In this document: piece after piece, positions 37,763 through 50,109 of the stretch
Layout: the number at the start of each line of letters is the position of its first letter
How positions within the stretch are numbered: position 1 is the first letter of the stretch
Assembly: GCA_002269645.1 (NCBI GenBank)
Contig: NIVC01000700.1
Span: 216,594-280,593, forward strand
From: Macrostomum lignano
Taxonomy: Eukaryota
Direction: 5' to 3'
Length of the DNA: 64,000 nucleotides
Program-made: the position numbers and the translations under genes
Notes under the pieces: model-generated
The model's input: only the letters and a program-made list of their open reading frames with translations
Told to the model about the DNA's origin: nothing
The model's database searches: none

Positions 37763-39029
37763 CCCCCCCCCCTGGGTAGCTTCTCAACTCTACGCGAATT
37801 CTCAATGGTGAATGTCTGAATTGAATTCGAATTTGTTCAAAATTTGATGTAAAATGGTGTATATCTCTCGGTTACTATAGGCATGATTTGACTGCTTCGT
37901 TTCAATTCGTTTTCAAAAAAGTGTTTTGCTCAGTCAGTAACGGACACAGTATGCTAATAATGACGTATTCCACTTAGTCACGAGCTACAATCGTTTGAAA
38001 ATCATAGCAAATGATTTTAAATTCGCTCAATTTCCTGTAATTGATACATGATGGCTTTCGGCCTTTTCGGGCTTTTTGGAGAGAAAGCCTTCGGGCCTCA
38101 GGTCTCAGAAATAAATCAATTAGAGTCCTGGCCCCCCACTCCTGTCAGATGGTCAGCCCCATGGTAGCTTGATCTTGTGGCGAGCAGTCTAGGTCCTATA
38201 GCCAAGAGAGGGACAGTGAGAGACGAGCAGGGAGAATTTTGAAAGTAGAAATTAGCTAATCCGCAGATCAACTAACTTGCTGCCACCAGCCCGTGCGCCC
38301 TGGCTCACCACACCGGGACTCTCGAAATCGGGCTTCCGACTAGAGGGGGCTTAGCACTTACCTGCCAACTAGTGTCTTTTTGCTGTCTATCTCGAAGTCA
38401 TAGCCGATGTTAAGGGACACTGTTGGGACTCGATCGCATTGGCCATGCAGGTACAGAGGGGACTTGTACAGGGGATTCTTGCAGAGGCGAGACTATGGGG
38501 TAGCTACATGTACTATTACATTGCTAAATACGAGGAATTGTTTTTTTGGCCTTCAACGCGCCAACCAGCCTCTCGTAGCGCTGATGATAGACTAACTCGA
38601 ACATCAGAAACCGCATGATTCATTACCCGAGCCGCTTGGCGATTCTAGAGAGTGCACATGCACATGAGTACATCTCTAGCGCCGATTTTGCACTCTTGGC
38701 AATTTCGCTAACTGATTTGATAGATTGATTGACTGAGAACTGTTTTGCCAGTCCACTGTGACCGGCGCCTACCAGCTTAGCTACCCCTCTGAGCCATCGG
38801 CGAACAAAGAAATAAAACTGATAAAATAACTGTCAGATTTAACCTTCTCACTGAATCACTTCAAACTTCAGATTGAATTGGAGTATCAGACTACTAACAG
38901 TATTATTGAATGACTGCCTCAATAACAGCACTGCTGAACAAATTAAGCAAAAGTATGCGCCTAATCCAGCCACTGAAATAGGGGACAGATAAGGAATCAC
39001 CCAATCAAGCAAGTCCAGGTAGCTCTCAC

Positions 39030-39800
39030 CCAACCAATCAGAAACTCACAGCCGGAGACCAGGTAATCCACAGCGACCGAATCGGCTCAGTGCTTCGTAG
39101 CTGTAGGCCCGGGATGATATCACATAGTCTTTGCTGATAGCTAGCAGGTGATGATCTGATGAATCGCAATCCGGGGATCAAGAGACGACAGTCGTGACTC
39201 CGGAATAGGTCAAGTCCCGGGAGTCAGAAGGAGTTTCCGAGGCGCCAAAATAAGGTTGAGTCCGAACGGGCCAAAAACATCGGTTTATATTGCCGCAACA
39301 ACTGGACCGCAATTTGTTATAATGAAACACCTTGATGCTGATTGGCTGAGTCGATTGTTATAACTGACGTCGAATTTTCTGATTTGCTGAGCTTGTTGCC
39401 ACCCAAACTTACGTGACCAAAAGATCCGATCAGTTCCCTCGGGGCCATAAGGTGCGGTCATAACTCACTCAAAATCGCTACATTATGATTTATGACCTTT
39501 CGCGTGGGAATTACAAAAATTAATGAAAACAAATCTTTAGAAAGATCTCATTAAATAGAAAGTGAAGATGGTAAAGAGAAATCGATAATCGCTAATTCCA
39601 AAGTAACTTTTAGGGGTAAAACGCATAGCTGTCAAAGCTGTCGCACGCTTGAGTGAACACGAACAGTAGACCCTGACCTCATAAATCTGATGGCCCGTCA
39701 AAAATGATGAGAAAAAAGCTACCGCCCGCATCTTCTCAGACCATCTGGCGCCAGTCTCAACACTGAGTGAGGCGCAGGTGGCTGTCAAACCAGGTCATAA
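39030..39800. promoter_or_regulatory. CpG-rich promoter-like region upstream of the ANT locus
   Basis: Several CCAAT/ATTGG boxes (~39001, ~39033, ~39340), TGACGTC at ~39364, and high CpG density relative to the region to the right. Confidence 0.3.
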
Positions 39801-40380
39801 GCAAATGATTTATGACCTTAAAAGTAGCGAAAACTACGCCTATGACTGTTGAATCAGCTTTAAAAGTGAAAAATGTACTACAAAACACGTTGAAACTAAT
39901 TCAGCTTAACATTTATCAAGGTGACCGATTCTTTTGTTTTAGTGCCAAAACGGCTTTTAAAAAGTGACACTTTCTAAAGCTTTGCTAAGCTTTTTCTACA
40001 CAGAGAGTAGCTAAAGTTGAAGTCACCGATTGCTGAATTTATTGGTGCTTCTTATAATTTTTCTAGCTTTCGCAAAAACTAAATAATAAAGAACGTACAT
40101 GTTGCAATTCTTCACATTGTTTATTAATAATATCCACGGAATTATATAACATTAAAAATTTGAATTTCTGTCAAAAATTTGTTTTCGTGGTTAAATTCTG
40201 TTATTAAAAAAGCCACAAAAAATTAAAAATCTTACAGAATGGTTTATTACAGCATGTTAACGCTATTTAATGCAATATTCTAATAAGCACTTGGCCCATG
40301 TTTTTTGTTATTCCGGGTGTTACGTGTTCCTCTCACTTCACTTCGCAACTTGGCATTCTTTACTGATTCTGGATTAAAAG

Positions 40381-42248
40381 GTGAGTTATTGATGTTTATG
40401 TTATATTTTTTCATAAACAGATGCTATAAGTTACAACATTTCCTAAAATTTCCTAAAAGACATTTATTTTTATTGCCTAGGTATAGTAATATACTGTAAA
40501 AATGTTTTGACTGCTCTAGTGTTAGTCTTATTTATTACTTTGGCTGTTATTTGGGGTTTTTCATAATTAATAAATTTAAAAACAGCTCTTAATACATTAA
40601 AGTGTTTTCATTAAGAATTTAATATCTATTTAGGCCCCATAGATGCTAGAAGGGGCTTTGCCTCTAGGCATATGGCTATCTTGTCAAAATATGCTAAAAT
40701 ATGTTGTTGTATTAAGCCATGCTTGTTTGGCCTATTTTTGCAATTTTGGGGTGAATCTAAAAAGATTTGAGTGCCATGTCAAGCATGCAAGCAAACCTTA
40801 ACTCAAGCTTAGCCTTAAAATACACTGATGCAGATACAGCTAAATGTAATACATGCATTTAGGCAGCTAGGGAAGATAGCTTAGGCCTATAAAAAATTTA
40901 TAGCAAATTTAGTGGCTTAAATAGGCCTAGAACAAAATAAAGCAAAGTTAGGTTAGGCCTCTGGGGTTGCAATAGGGGCCTCATGGCTAGGGTTTTTTTC
41001 TAAAAATGTAGATGCAAGCTTGCATTTTATTTTTAAGCTTAAAAATAGATGAAAATATGAAAACCAAGATGCAACTTTGCATCTAGGTCTAAATTTAAGG
41101 AAAGTATTTAATGAAGATTCAAAAAAGTATTGAAACAATATATTTATGCATGATGTTTTGTTTATAACTTTTGCTATTAGACTTGCATACATCTTGATAT
41201 AAAAATGTAGATATACAAGTTGTATCTAGTACCAAATAATAGGTACAAATCCAAATTTCAGGGTATAAATTATATCCTTTTTGCATAAAAAACCTTGTTT
41301 GTGGCCTGTTTGTAGCACTTATATCCCTTGTTAGTAGTATATAGGATAAGAATATAATCCACTTTGGTAATAGCTTTTTCGGTAATACCCACTTTAGTCT
41401 TTATGACTCATTTATGATTTATGACTCAACATTTTATTTTTATGATAATTAAGTTTTGCAATAATTTATTTACTAATTTACATCTCAAATATCTTATTGC
41501 TACATATGGTTAAACTTTCTAGTTGAACTATACTATAATTTGTTTAAACCTATGTATAAACTTTGTGAAAAATTTAAAGGCTAAGAAAATTAAGCTAAGC
41601 TTAAAACAAGCACTTGCATACATTAAAATTGAAAAATTGAAATTATTAATAAAGAAAAAAGTAGATTCTGTAATTTAAAGTTGTTATTCGCTAACTAGAT
41701 CAGAGATTTTAATGTACATAATATATACATAATATTTGGTCAATTACAGGATGTCTTGGTATATGTATCTGACTCATCTGGAAATCTAAGATATCTGATA
41801 TCTATTGATATTGATATGTATTGATTCTTAAAATAGATATCAATTAAAACACTTAAACAAATTAAACACATGCAGATATGCAAATGCACATGCAGATATG
41901 CATGTGTTTTATTATTCTTTCTTTAAAGTTTGTTTGCACATTCTTTTGTTAACAACATATGTGGTCATTTTTTGTTACCATTGAAATTACATTGTAATAC
42001 ATTGAAATAACAAAAATACATTGGTAACAAAAAATGACCACGTACATTGTTAACAAAAGAATGTGCAAACAAACTTTAAAGAAAGAATAATAAAACACTT
42101 TTTTCTTTATTAATAATTTCAAATTTTCAATTTCAATTTATGCAAGTGCTTGTTTCAAGCTTAGCTTAATTTTCTTAGCCTTTAAATAAATATATGCAAA
42201 TATATAAGATTTAAGAATAAGAAACCATCTCAACCTAGGGGCCTACCC

Positions 42249-42280
<32 letters not shown>

Positions 42281-43450
42281 TATGTTAAAAAATCTAGAAT
42301 CTAGTGTATAATGGCTTAAAAGGTATAAATTTAGTTTTTTGCATTAATTATTTTTTTATAACATTATATGATATTATTAACATCTTACAAAGATGTATTG
42401 CAGGTTGTTAAGTGTCACAAAATGACAAATTTGTTTTTAGCATTGCTTATAGTGCTATATCCAATATAGAATGTTTCTAAATTGTTTTTCTATAAATAAA
42501 AACATGTTACTATATGACTTTTGCCAAGATAAACCTTTAAGGTTAAAAATCCAGTTGCCAGCTAGCCCTTGGGGCTCAAAATCCAATTGCCAATGACTAT
42601 TTTTGTTTGCTTATTGGCAACTAGCCAAATTTTCAAAGATAAGATATTATCAAGGCAATGTTTAAAAAGCAGAAATTTATTCTCTCAACTTTAAGATTGC
42701 TATATATGCTGCAAATAAAAACAAACTAACAATTCCATCATATTGATTCAAATTGGCCTCTGATGCAAAAAATCCAATTGCCAATGAGATTTTCAAAGGG
42801 CCAAAAAATCCCATATGGTCCAAAAAACCAAGAGTGAGCCTTGAAGAGCCTGTCATTAGTTGTCTTTACTATTTATAGTAGAAAATCAATATGTATTAAC
42901 ACATTTGTTTTAACAATAGTTTAACAATATTTTAACAAACACTATTTAAACAAATATTTGCCAAAATATAGCATATTTCCACTTTTCCACTTAGATTTAG
43001 ATTTTTATTTTTGAGAGATTGATTTTAACTTACCTAAATGATAAATGATTTCATGTAAATTATATTTTTATGAAAGGGTACCATTTTATTATTGCTTTTC
43101 AATAACCAGAGCCAAACTTGAAAAGCAAGTTTCATAGCATTTAGCACTGAAAATAATTGGACAGCTATGACAAGACATTGATGCTAAATGATCCTCAAAG
43201 GTTTTGATGATGCTGATGCCATGCCATGCAAAACTTTTATATCGTATTAGTACAGATTATATCATGACTCAATTCTATAGTCCCCATTGTAGATTCTATG
43301 ATCTCAATAAAATTCTAGCTTCTACAGTGTTTAACTTTTAAAATTTGGCATTTTAGAACTGCATTCTATAAAAACATATTTTAGTTTTCAGGATTGTTAA
43401 TATTCATGATTTATTAACTTTACCATCCCTCCCACATCTCAACCTTTTAG
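40381..43450 (+). other. Predicted 5'-UTR intron of the ANT gene, CpG-depleted and AT-rich
   Basis: Consensus donor AAG|GTGAGT at 40381. Pyrimidine-rich acceptor ccatccctcccacatctcaaccttttag| at 43450 (alternative acgcag| at 43529). Confidence 0.5.
41573..42186. repeat. Nested inverted repeats (foldback/MITE-like): outer 88-bp arms 41573-41660 and 42099-42186; inner 77-bp arms 41904-41980 and 42022-42098
   Basis: Arms compared by hand; near-perfect reverse complements. Confidence 0.9.
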
Positions 43451-43531
43451 AGACGGCGTTGCTAGACAACTAAGCCCTAAATTTAACGTTTTTTCTCTAA
43501 ACTTAATCGCTAAATCAACACAAACGCAGCA

Positions 43532-44470
43532 ATGGGAGAAGGTGGAGCTTACATGAAGGATCTGTCGTTCGCTGAGAACTTTGGCCTCTCTGGCGCCGCT
43601 GCAGTCATCTCCAAGACTGCCGCTGCCCCTATCGAGCGCGTCAAGCTGCTGGTGCAGAACCAGGCCGAGATGATCAAGACTGGCCGTCTGGACAAGCCAT
43701 ACACCGGCGTCATCGACTGCACGGTGCGCACCTTCCGCAACGAGGGCCTCCTGCCGTTCTGGCGCGGCAACCTGGCTAACTGCATCCGGTACTTCCCAAC
43801 TCAGGCGCTTAACTTCGCTTTCAAGGACAAGATTAAGGCCACCTTCAATCCGTCCAAGACTGACTCCTACATGGTGTCCTTTGGCAAGAACATCGCCAGC
43901 GGCGGCGCCGCCGGAGCCATGTCGCTCTGCTTCGTCTACTCGCTTGACTATGCCCGTACCCGCCTGGCCAACGACACCAAGTCCGCTAAGAAGGGTGCCG
44001 GTGAGCGTCAGTTCAATGGTCTGCTGGACGTCTACAAAAAGACTCTGGCCTCTGACGGCATCGTTGGCCTGTACCGCGGCTTCGTCATCTCCTGCGTTGG
44101 CATCATGGTCTACCGCGGCTTCTACTTTGGCCTGTACGACACCCTGAAGCCCATCGTGCTGGGTGAGAACGCCGGCGTGGCTCTGAGCTTCGTTCTTGGC
44201 TACACCGTCACCATCACGGCCGGCCTGATCTCCTACCCGGTTGACACCATCCGTAGGCGTATGATGATGACCAGTGGCCAGGCTGTCAAGTACAAGGGCA
44301 GCGTCGACTGCGCCGTGCAGATCGTGAAGACCGAAGGCTTCATGAGCATGATGAAGGGAGCCGGAGCCAACATTCTCCGCGGTGTGGCTGGCGCCGGTGT
44401 GCTGGCTGGCTTCGACAAGTTCAAGGAGATCTACGTGTCCTTCCGCTTGCCCAAGAAGCCCAAGAATTAA
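43532..44470 (+). CDS. ANT: Mitochondrial ADP/ATP carrier (adenine nucleotide translocase, SLC25 family); CDS has no introns
   Basis: 312-aa ORF with [50 protein letters not shown] and the AAC signature RRRMMM. Strong C/G-ending codon bias; AATAAA at 44564. Confidence 0.99.
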   Translation: MGEGGAYMKDLSFAENFGLSGAAAVISKTAAAPIERVKLLVQNQAEMIKTGRLDKPYTGVIDCTVRTFRNEGLLPFWRGNLANCIRYFPTQALNFAFKDKIKATFNPSKTDSYMVSFGKNIASGGAAGAMSLCFVYSLDYARTRLANDTKSAKKGAGERQFNGLLDVYKKTLASDGIVGLYRGFVISCVGIMVYRGFYFGLYDTLKPIVLGENAGVALSFVLGYTVTITAGLISYPVDTIRRRMMMTSGQAVKYKGSVDCAVQIVKTEGFMSMMKGAGANILRGVAGAGVLAGFDKFKEIYVSFRLPKKPKN

Positions 44471-45619
44471 ATAATAACAGCCAGAACTTATTGATGTGGG
44501 ACATTAATTGACGGCACCCGGATTACAATTAGGATCTGCGGCTCTTGTCGGACAGAATATATTAATAAAAATTGTTTAGCATAACACCAACAGTAGTACA
44601 ATGTCGCCTCCCCTCCTAACTGCGTTCGAATCTGATATCTCCTATTTTCGTATCTCCTAATTTGTCACCAGACTAGGAGAGAATTTCTAAATGCTAAATA
44701 TAGGCTATTAAAAAGAGAAACATGAACCAAAAAATGCAACAATTTTTCTACTGACACCGACATAGCTATAATAAACTATAATATTGTCTAAACTAATTAT
44801 ACTAGCAGTAGTCCTTAGAAATGTGCGCGTTTTTGTTTGCATCCCCTCTCCCTCCTCAAGCCTCCTAACTTTCTGTTACCCGCCGGCAGTCTGTCTTTGG
44901 TTCACAAACAGAAGTTTTCATTTCCCCTATCTATAATTTTATTTATCAATTTATTCTACTAATAATATTCCCACAGAATCTTAGTCCACCAAAAACTGTC
45001 AATCTGTTTGAAGCAAAAGAATTTGCACTCTACTGTTTCTGTCTCATTTATTTTAGCTTCAGAATTGAGTTTAGTAGTTTTGCTTTGTAGTTGGTTTCAA
45101 AATTTAGAGGAATTAATTAAATGCTATAGTAATAACAACTAACTGATCGGTTTTGTGTTCTGCGCTACAAACGGAACCTCAATTTTCTGGCTATCGTTTT
45201 TCGAGAAACTCTTGCTGCGCTGGGGTGAACTTTCGAGTCAATGAAATGCGTGTTCGGAATCATTCACTGCCGACTGTATAATGCAAGGCAAAACAACTTC
45301 GTCGAGCTGGAATTATCTAGGTCCAGTTTAATAAATCAACACAGCACGGCATCGAGACAGTGCAAATGGCTAAAATTAGTGTTATTATTTCGGAAGGCTA
45401 ATAGTTAATAAATTAATCAAATAAAAAATTTCTCATAACAATTTAGTGAAAACATCCTTTTTCGCAGTTTTGGCCTGCGATAGAAATATGAAATTATTGA
45501 CATTGTTGCTAGCGTTTCTTATTTTTATTGCTTCCGATGAATTAGCACGTTCTATCTGTTAACTCTTTCCTAAATCAGATTTTCCTATCTCAATCTGATT
45601 CTAATTCACCCTTGAAAGT

Positions 45620-46500
45620 CGCTCCTAACCCACCCCTGAGAACTCTTAATCCGCCCCTGAGAATCGCTCCTAATCCACCCCTGAGAATCGCTCCTTATCC
45701 ACCCCTGAGAATCGCTCCTAATCCACTCCTGAGAATCGCTCCTTATCCACCCCTGAGAATCGCTCCTAATCCACTCCTGAGAATCGCTCCTAGCCCGCCC
45801 CTGAGAATCGCTCCTAGCCCCCTGAGAATCGCTCCAAATCCGCCCCTGAGAATCGCTCCTAATTCACTCCTGAAAATCGCTCCTAATCCACCCCTGAGAA
45901 TCGCTCCTAATCCACTCCTGAGAATCGCTCCTTATCCACCCCTGAGAATCGCTCCTAATCCACTCCTGAGAATCGCTCCTAGCCCGCCCCTGAGAATCGC
46001 TCCTAGCCCCTTGAGAATCGTTCCAAATCCGCCCCTTAGAATCGCTCCTAATCCGCCCCTTAGAATCGCTCCTAACCCACCCCTGAGAATCGCTCCTTAT
46101 CCGCTCCTGAGAATCGCTCCTAATCTGCCCCTGAGAATCGCTCCTAATCCGCCCCTGAGAATCGCTCCTAGCCCCCTGAGAATCGCTCCTAGCCCCCTGA
46201 GAATCGCTCCAAATCCGCCCCTTAGAATCGCTCCAAATCCGCCCCTGAGAATCGCTCCTAATCCACCCCTGAGAATCGCTCCTTATCCGCTCCTGAGAAT
46301 CGCTCCTAATCTGCCCATGAGAATCGCTCCTAACCCACCCCTGAGAATCGCTCCTAACCCACCCCTGAGAATCGCTCCTTATCCGCTCCTGAGAATCGCT
46401 CCTAATCCGCCCCTTAGAATCGCTCCAAATCCGCCCCTGAGAATCGCTCCTAATCCGCCCCTGAGAATCGCTCCTAATCCGCCCCTGAGAATCGCTACCC
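45620..46500. repeat. 24/21-bp minisatellite CTGAGAATCGCTCCTAATCCGCCC
   Basis: About 37 tandem units. Confidence 0.95.
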
Positions 46501-48049
46501 CTTATCCGCCCCATTTAGAACAGTGCATCGTTTTCTAGCATATGTTGTGTAATTTAAATTGTGGCTACAAGCAGTCTGTATTGCAATGCAGAACGGATGT
46601 GTTATCGCAGTGACAAGTTTCATTTGGTTCTTGGCTTGGATTCTTTACCCTGTCTTAACTAGCTCTCGCTTGCGTACAACTAACTCATTTCGGCTGGCCG
46701 AGTGGCTGCATGGACTTAGAATCGAGAGAATTTTTTATATCATTCACACTGGCTTGCGTGCGTCACAGTCATAGCCTGGCCTAAAAGACTGCATTGCAGA
46801 ATTTCTTTCTTTCGGGACAGCCAGTCGGTTTGTGTGAACTGAAACTTTGAACTGTGCAGGGCCTCTTACCGGTTTAATTGCATAAACTGCCAGTATGTGT
46901 GCTTTTTCAGTTTTCTTAAGCTATAGAGAGATTGTACACTGCAGGAGTTATAGTAATTCGCTCGACGCAGTCTGTGCAATGGGTAGTGTGTGCTCCAGAA
47001 AACTACCCGACTCAAGTATTCGTTGCTTTTTCCAGCTCTCACTACAGTTCGGCGTCCCTTATGGTGGCACGGCGGTTTCGCAAAGAACGTTTTTGGCTTA
47101 GCTAGCAACGAGATAAGATATTAGGCTCATAAGCCTTGCAGGTATTCTATATCTACTTTGTATTTTAACATTGTTGAACACAATATTAGGCAGCCCATTT
47201 TTCTTGAGTTTAAATTTAAAACTATAAGCGCATTCAAACCATGTTACGCAAACTGCAGAACAGTGCGGATTTTTAAGGTCAATGATAAATTAGATAAAGG
47301 CTTCATGTCTAATCCACATGTAGTTACCAGAAGCGGTCGTAACATTTATATGAAATTTTGCATGTTTTAATTTAACTAAATATTGCATTGGAAGTTTTCA
47401 TGAACATATTGGTATGTACATGTATACAGGGTATTGTGAAAACAACGACGGATCATTAACTCATTATATACGTACAGTCTGCATGAACTTCTAGTGTGGA
47501 CTTCATCTTTGCAAGCATTGGTTATAAATTTAGGTTACACCTGCACACTAATGGGCTGTGCAACCGACAGCTCAGCCATAGCTACGAGTATTGCGCGGCG
47601 CCTCTTTTAAAGGCTGTTCAGTCAGTAGCACAACTGCCTGCGGCGGCAACTGCTTTTTCTCAAGTTAATAACTATGTGAGCCAATGCACTGCAGTAGTAG
47701 CAAATAGCTTCTGTCGATTTAGAGTTTCACATGTGCAGTTAAATATATATATATTTATACTAACATATTTATACTAACACTAACTTTTAAATTAATTCAT
47801 CACACTAAAACCAGGTTTTATTTTTCTGTTTGGTATTTTATTTTCTTCTCATTACTAATAACTAGCTATGACGTCACGCTCTGAGTTGTTAAACAAGCTC
47901 AGCTAGCAGTCAGTTGTCTTCACAGTCAGCAGTCGCCGCAGGCAGTTTTCGTGCAGGCAGTTTTCGCCGCAGACAATTGTCGTAGAACCGGGTGAACTGA
48001 AGCAATGCGCAGAGTTAATTGCTCAATAGGATACAAATTGTTCCGAGTG

Positions 48050-48116
48050 GGTCAATTGAATCGAACCCCGACCTTTCAGCCGTGAGTCCGACGCTCTAAA
48101 CCATGCTGCTGTAGGC
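48050..48116 (-). mobile_element. tRNA-like head (SINE or tRNA pseudogene)
   Basis: Minus strand GCCTACAGCAGCATGGTTTAGAGCGTCGGACTCACGGCTGAAAGGTCGGGGTTCGATTC shows A-box, anticodon-arm and B-box spacing, but imperfect stems and no acceptor pairing. Confidence 0.5.
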
Positions 48117-48499
48117 TACAAGCGGCCCGTATATCGAAAATTTTACTTGCGATCGATACGTCGGTTGCTAAAATGCAGTAAATACTTTACTTTGTAGTGG
48201 CCTCTTCGATTGTCGGCTTATTTTGCCTGATCCATCAATAATTGCTGAAACAACGGGCCGCGGCCGAACGCGCCCCATCGTCGACGCTTCGGGGGGACAC
48301 CGGTCGGCGCAGCACTTAGCAGCGGGCGTCGGTCCCGCGGCCCCACTATTGCTCGAAAAATTTTTCTTACGCTTACGAAAAGAAAAATTTTTTTGAATTA
48401 CGCTTATTATCATAGTAACGTATTATGAAACAAAATATTGCTGTTTAAACCTTTTCCGGCAAATTTCGACTGCCGATTAAATTCCAATCAGATTCCAAT

Positions 48500-49860
48500 C
48501 GAATTCCGACTAACCTTTTTTACTGGGTCGCCCACCCCCAATCAGCCGCAGCATGCGGCACCGTGGCCACAAGTCCGTTTGCCCCAGTTGAACAGGGATG
48601 TCTGCCAATGTAACAGTAAGAACGCGGATACAAGTGCACCAATGTTTTGACCGAGGGCGCGCAGCGCTGTACATTTGGTACACGATCGTAGCCGTTCTTC
48701 ACCGATATTGTATGATTTTGAAGGCGTTTGGACCATAGATATTTGAATCATGCAACAATCAGTTTGGGTCAGCGTGCACCAATGATGCATTCTTCGGCCC
48801 GCGAGTCAAACTGCATTCGCTTCAGTCTAAGTTCAGTGCAAGTCCTGATTCTCGGCCCGCAAGAAAATGGAACTTGTCTATGGCACAAAATCCAAACTGT
48901 AATAATTAGTCCAACTTTTTATTAAAATTAAATAATTAACTCCTGACCCGAGCGTTCTGAGAACATGATAGTACTCCCTGTATAGAAGGTGGCGATATTT
49001 CTGGGTTGCAGCGTGAAGAAATCGACTTTGTATGCCAACTCCGTGGCCGTGGGCGAATGTTCAATCAGTACACAGGCTTGCCTGTGCCTGGAATTGGATT
49101 CAGCAAGGCTCACAACGGCCTGTTGGATGCTTTAGTAAACGATCTTTCTGCTGAAGCGAGAAGCAACAATAACTCCGGGAGCTAACAAGTGATGAAGTGA
49201 GCGCCATTTTGGATGTGGAGAATGACAGGGATCTCGCCAGGGAAGAAGCGTCAACTGTCCGATGCTCTGACAATGGATTCTTCACCGCTGGTCCAATCGT
49301 TAAACGAGTCACGAGCGACGTCCCACTTCAATCGCCTGGTTTTAGCGTTGAGCGTGGCCACCTAAAAGTATCTGCTTGTTGACTGCGAACAAAGGGACTT
49401 TAATGGAGTTCGGCCGACTGCAGTGCTAGAGAATAATGGATCCCGTGTTCTATTTTTCCTATAAGTGAGTACCTCTGAACGCCACTTGGGCATTGCACTA
49501 CCCTATGTACTGTAAAGACGGTGTGGGTTGCACCACAAGACTATTAGATCGTTACTGTTGTCCTCTTTGTAATGTTGCACTTTTAACGTTTTAAATAATT
49601 GTTTCAGCTTCGTCTATGGCCCAGCCCGATATCGGGCAGAGAATGGGCCGTTTCTTAAGCAGTGTTTGTTTGATTGAAGCGTGCAAGAATGATATATTTC
49701 CGGAATATACATGTATAATCAATGCGGAAATACGAGTATCAATGTCGGCTGTGGTGACTCCTGCCAGGCTGAAACTCTTTGCTGCCGGCAATGGCACATC
49801 CGGCGGCAGCATCAGACTGTCTGGCAGACTCGGAATGTCGATCAGAGACGCCAATTAAAA
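48500..49860 (-). pseudogene. Possible decayed coding sequence of unknown product, divergent from the transposase
   Basis: Several short protein-like minus-strand frames (49591..49854; VATLNAKTRRLKWD...*RFFPGEIPVILHIQNGAHFITC*; 48928..49113) broken by stops and frameshifts, with an acceptor-like ttttag|GTG at ~49360. Confidence 0.25.
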
Positions 49861-49890
49861 GTAAAAGGGCAAAACACCAAATTAAGCACT

Positions 49891-49968
49891 CGTAGCGACT
49901 AGCGGATTTAGGGGGGGGGGCGCACAGTCGCGCCCCCGTTAAGTTTGATTTTTTTATATTTTTATATG

Positions 49969-50017
<49 letters not shown>

Positions 50018-50109
50018 ATATACAATCGGGTAGCTTTATATTGTACAATATATATGTGTACCTTTAGAAGTCTGTGCCCCCCGTTCAAAATTTTCTGGAT
50101 CCGCACCTG
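49891..50109. mobile_element. Degenerate hAT-like MITE with internal (CA)n(TA)n
   Basis: Right end GGATCCGCACCTG; left end has degenerate ...TAGCGGATTTAGGGGG. Flanks TAAGCACT / AAAGCACT are a 7/8 TSD match. Confidence 0.5.

Noticed and set aside
43549-44424. Overlapping alternative-frame and antisense ORFs in ANT
   Set aside because: Expected from the strong codon bias of the real gene.
43532-44470. ANT as a processed retrocopy
   Set aside because: No genomic poly(A) tail or TSD; a plausible 5'-UTR intron and polyadenylation signal are present and the ORF is intact.
48050-48116. Functional tRNA gene
   Set aside because: The anticodon loop does not fit 7 nt, the acceptor stem does not pair, and there is no downstream T-run terminator.
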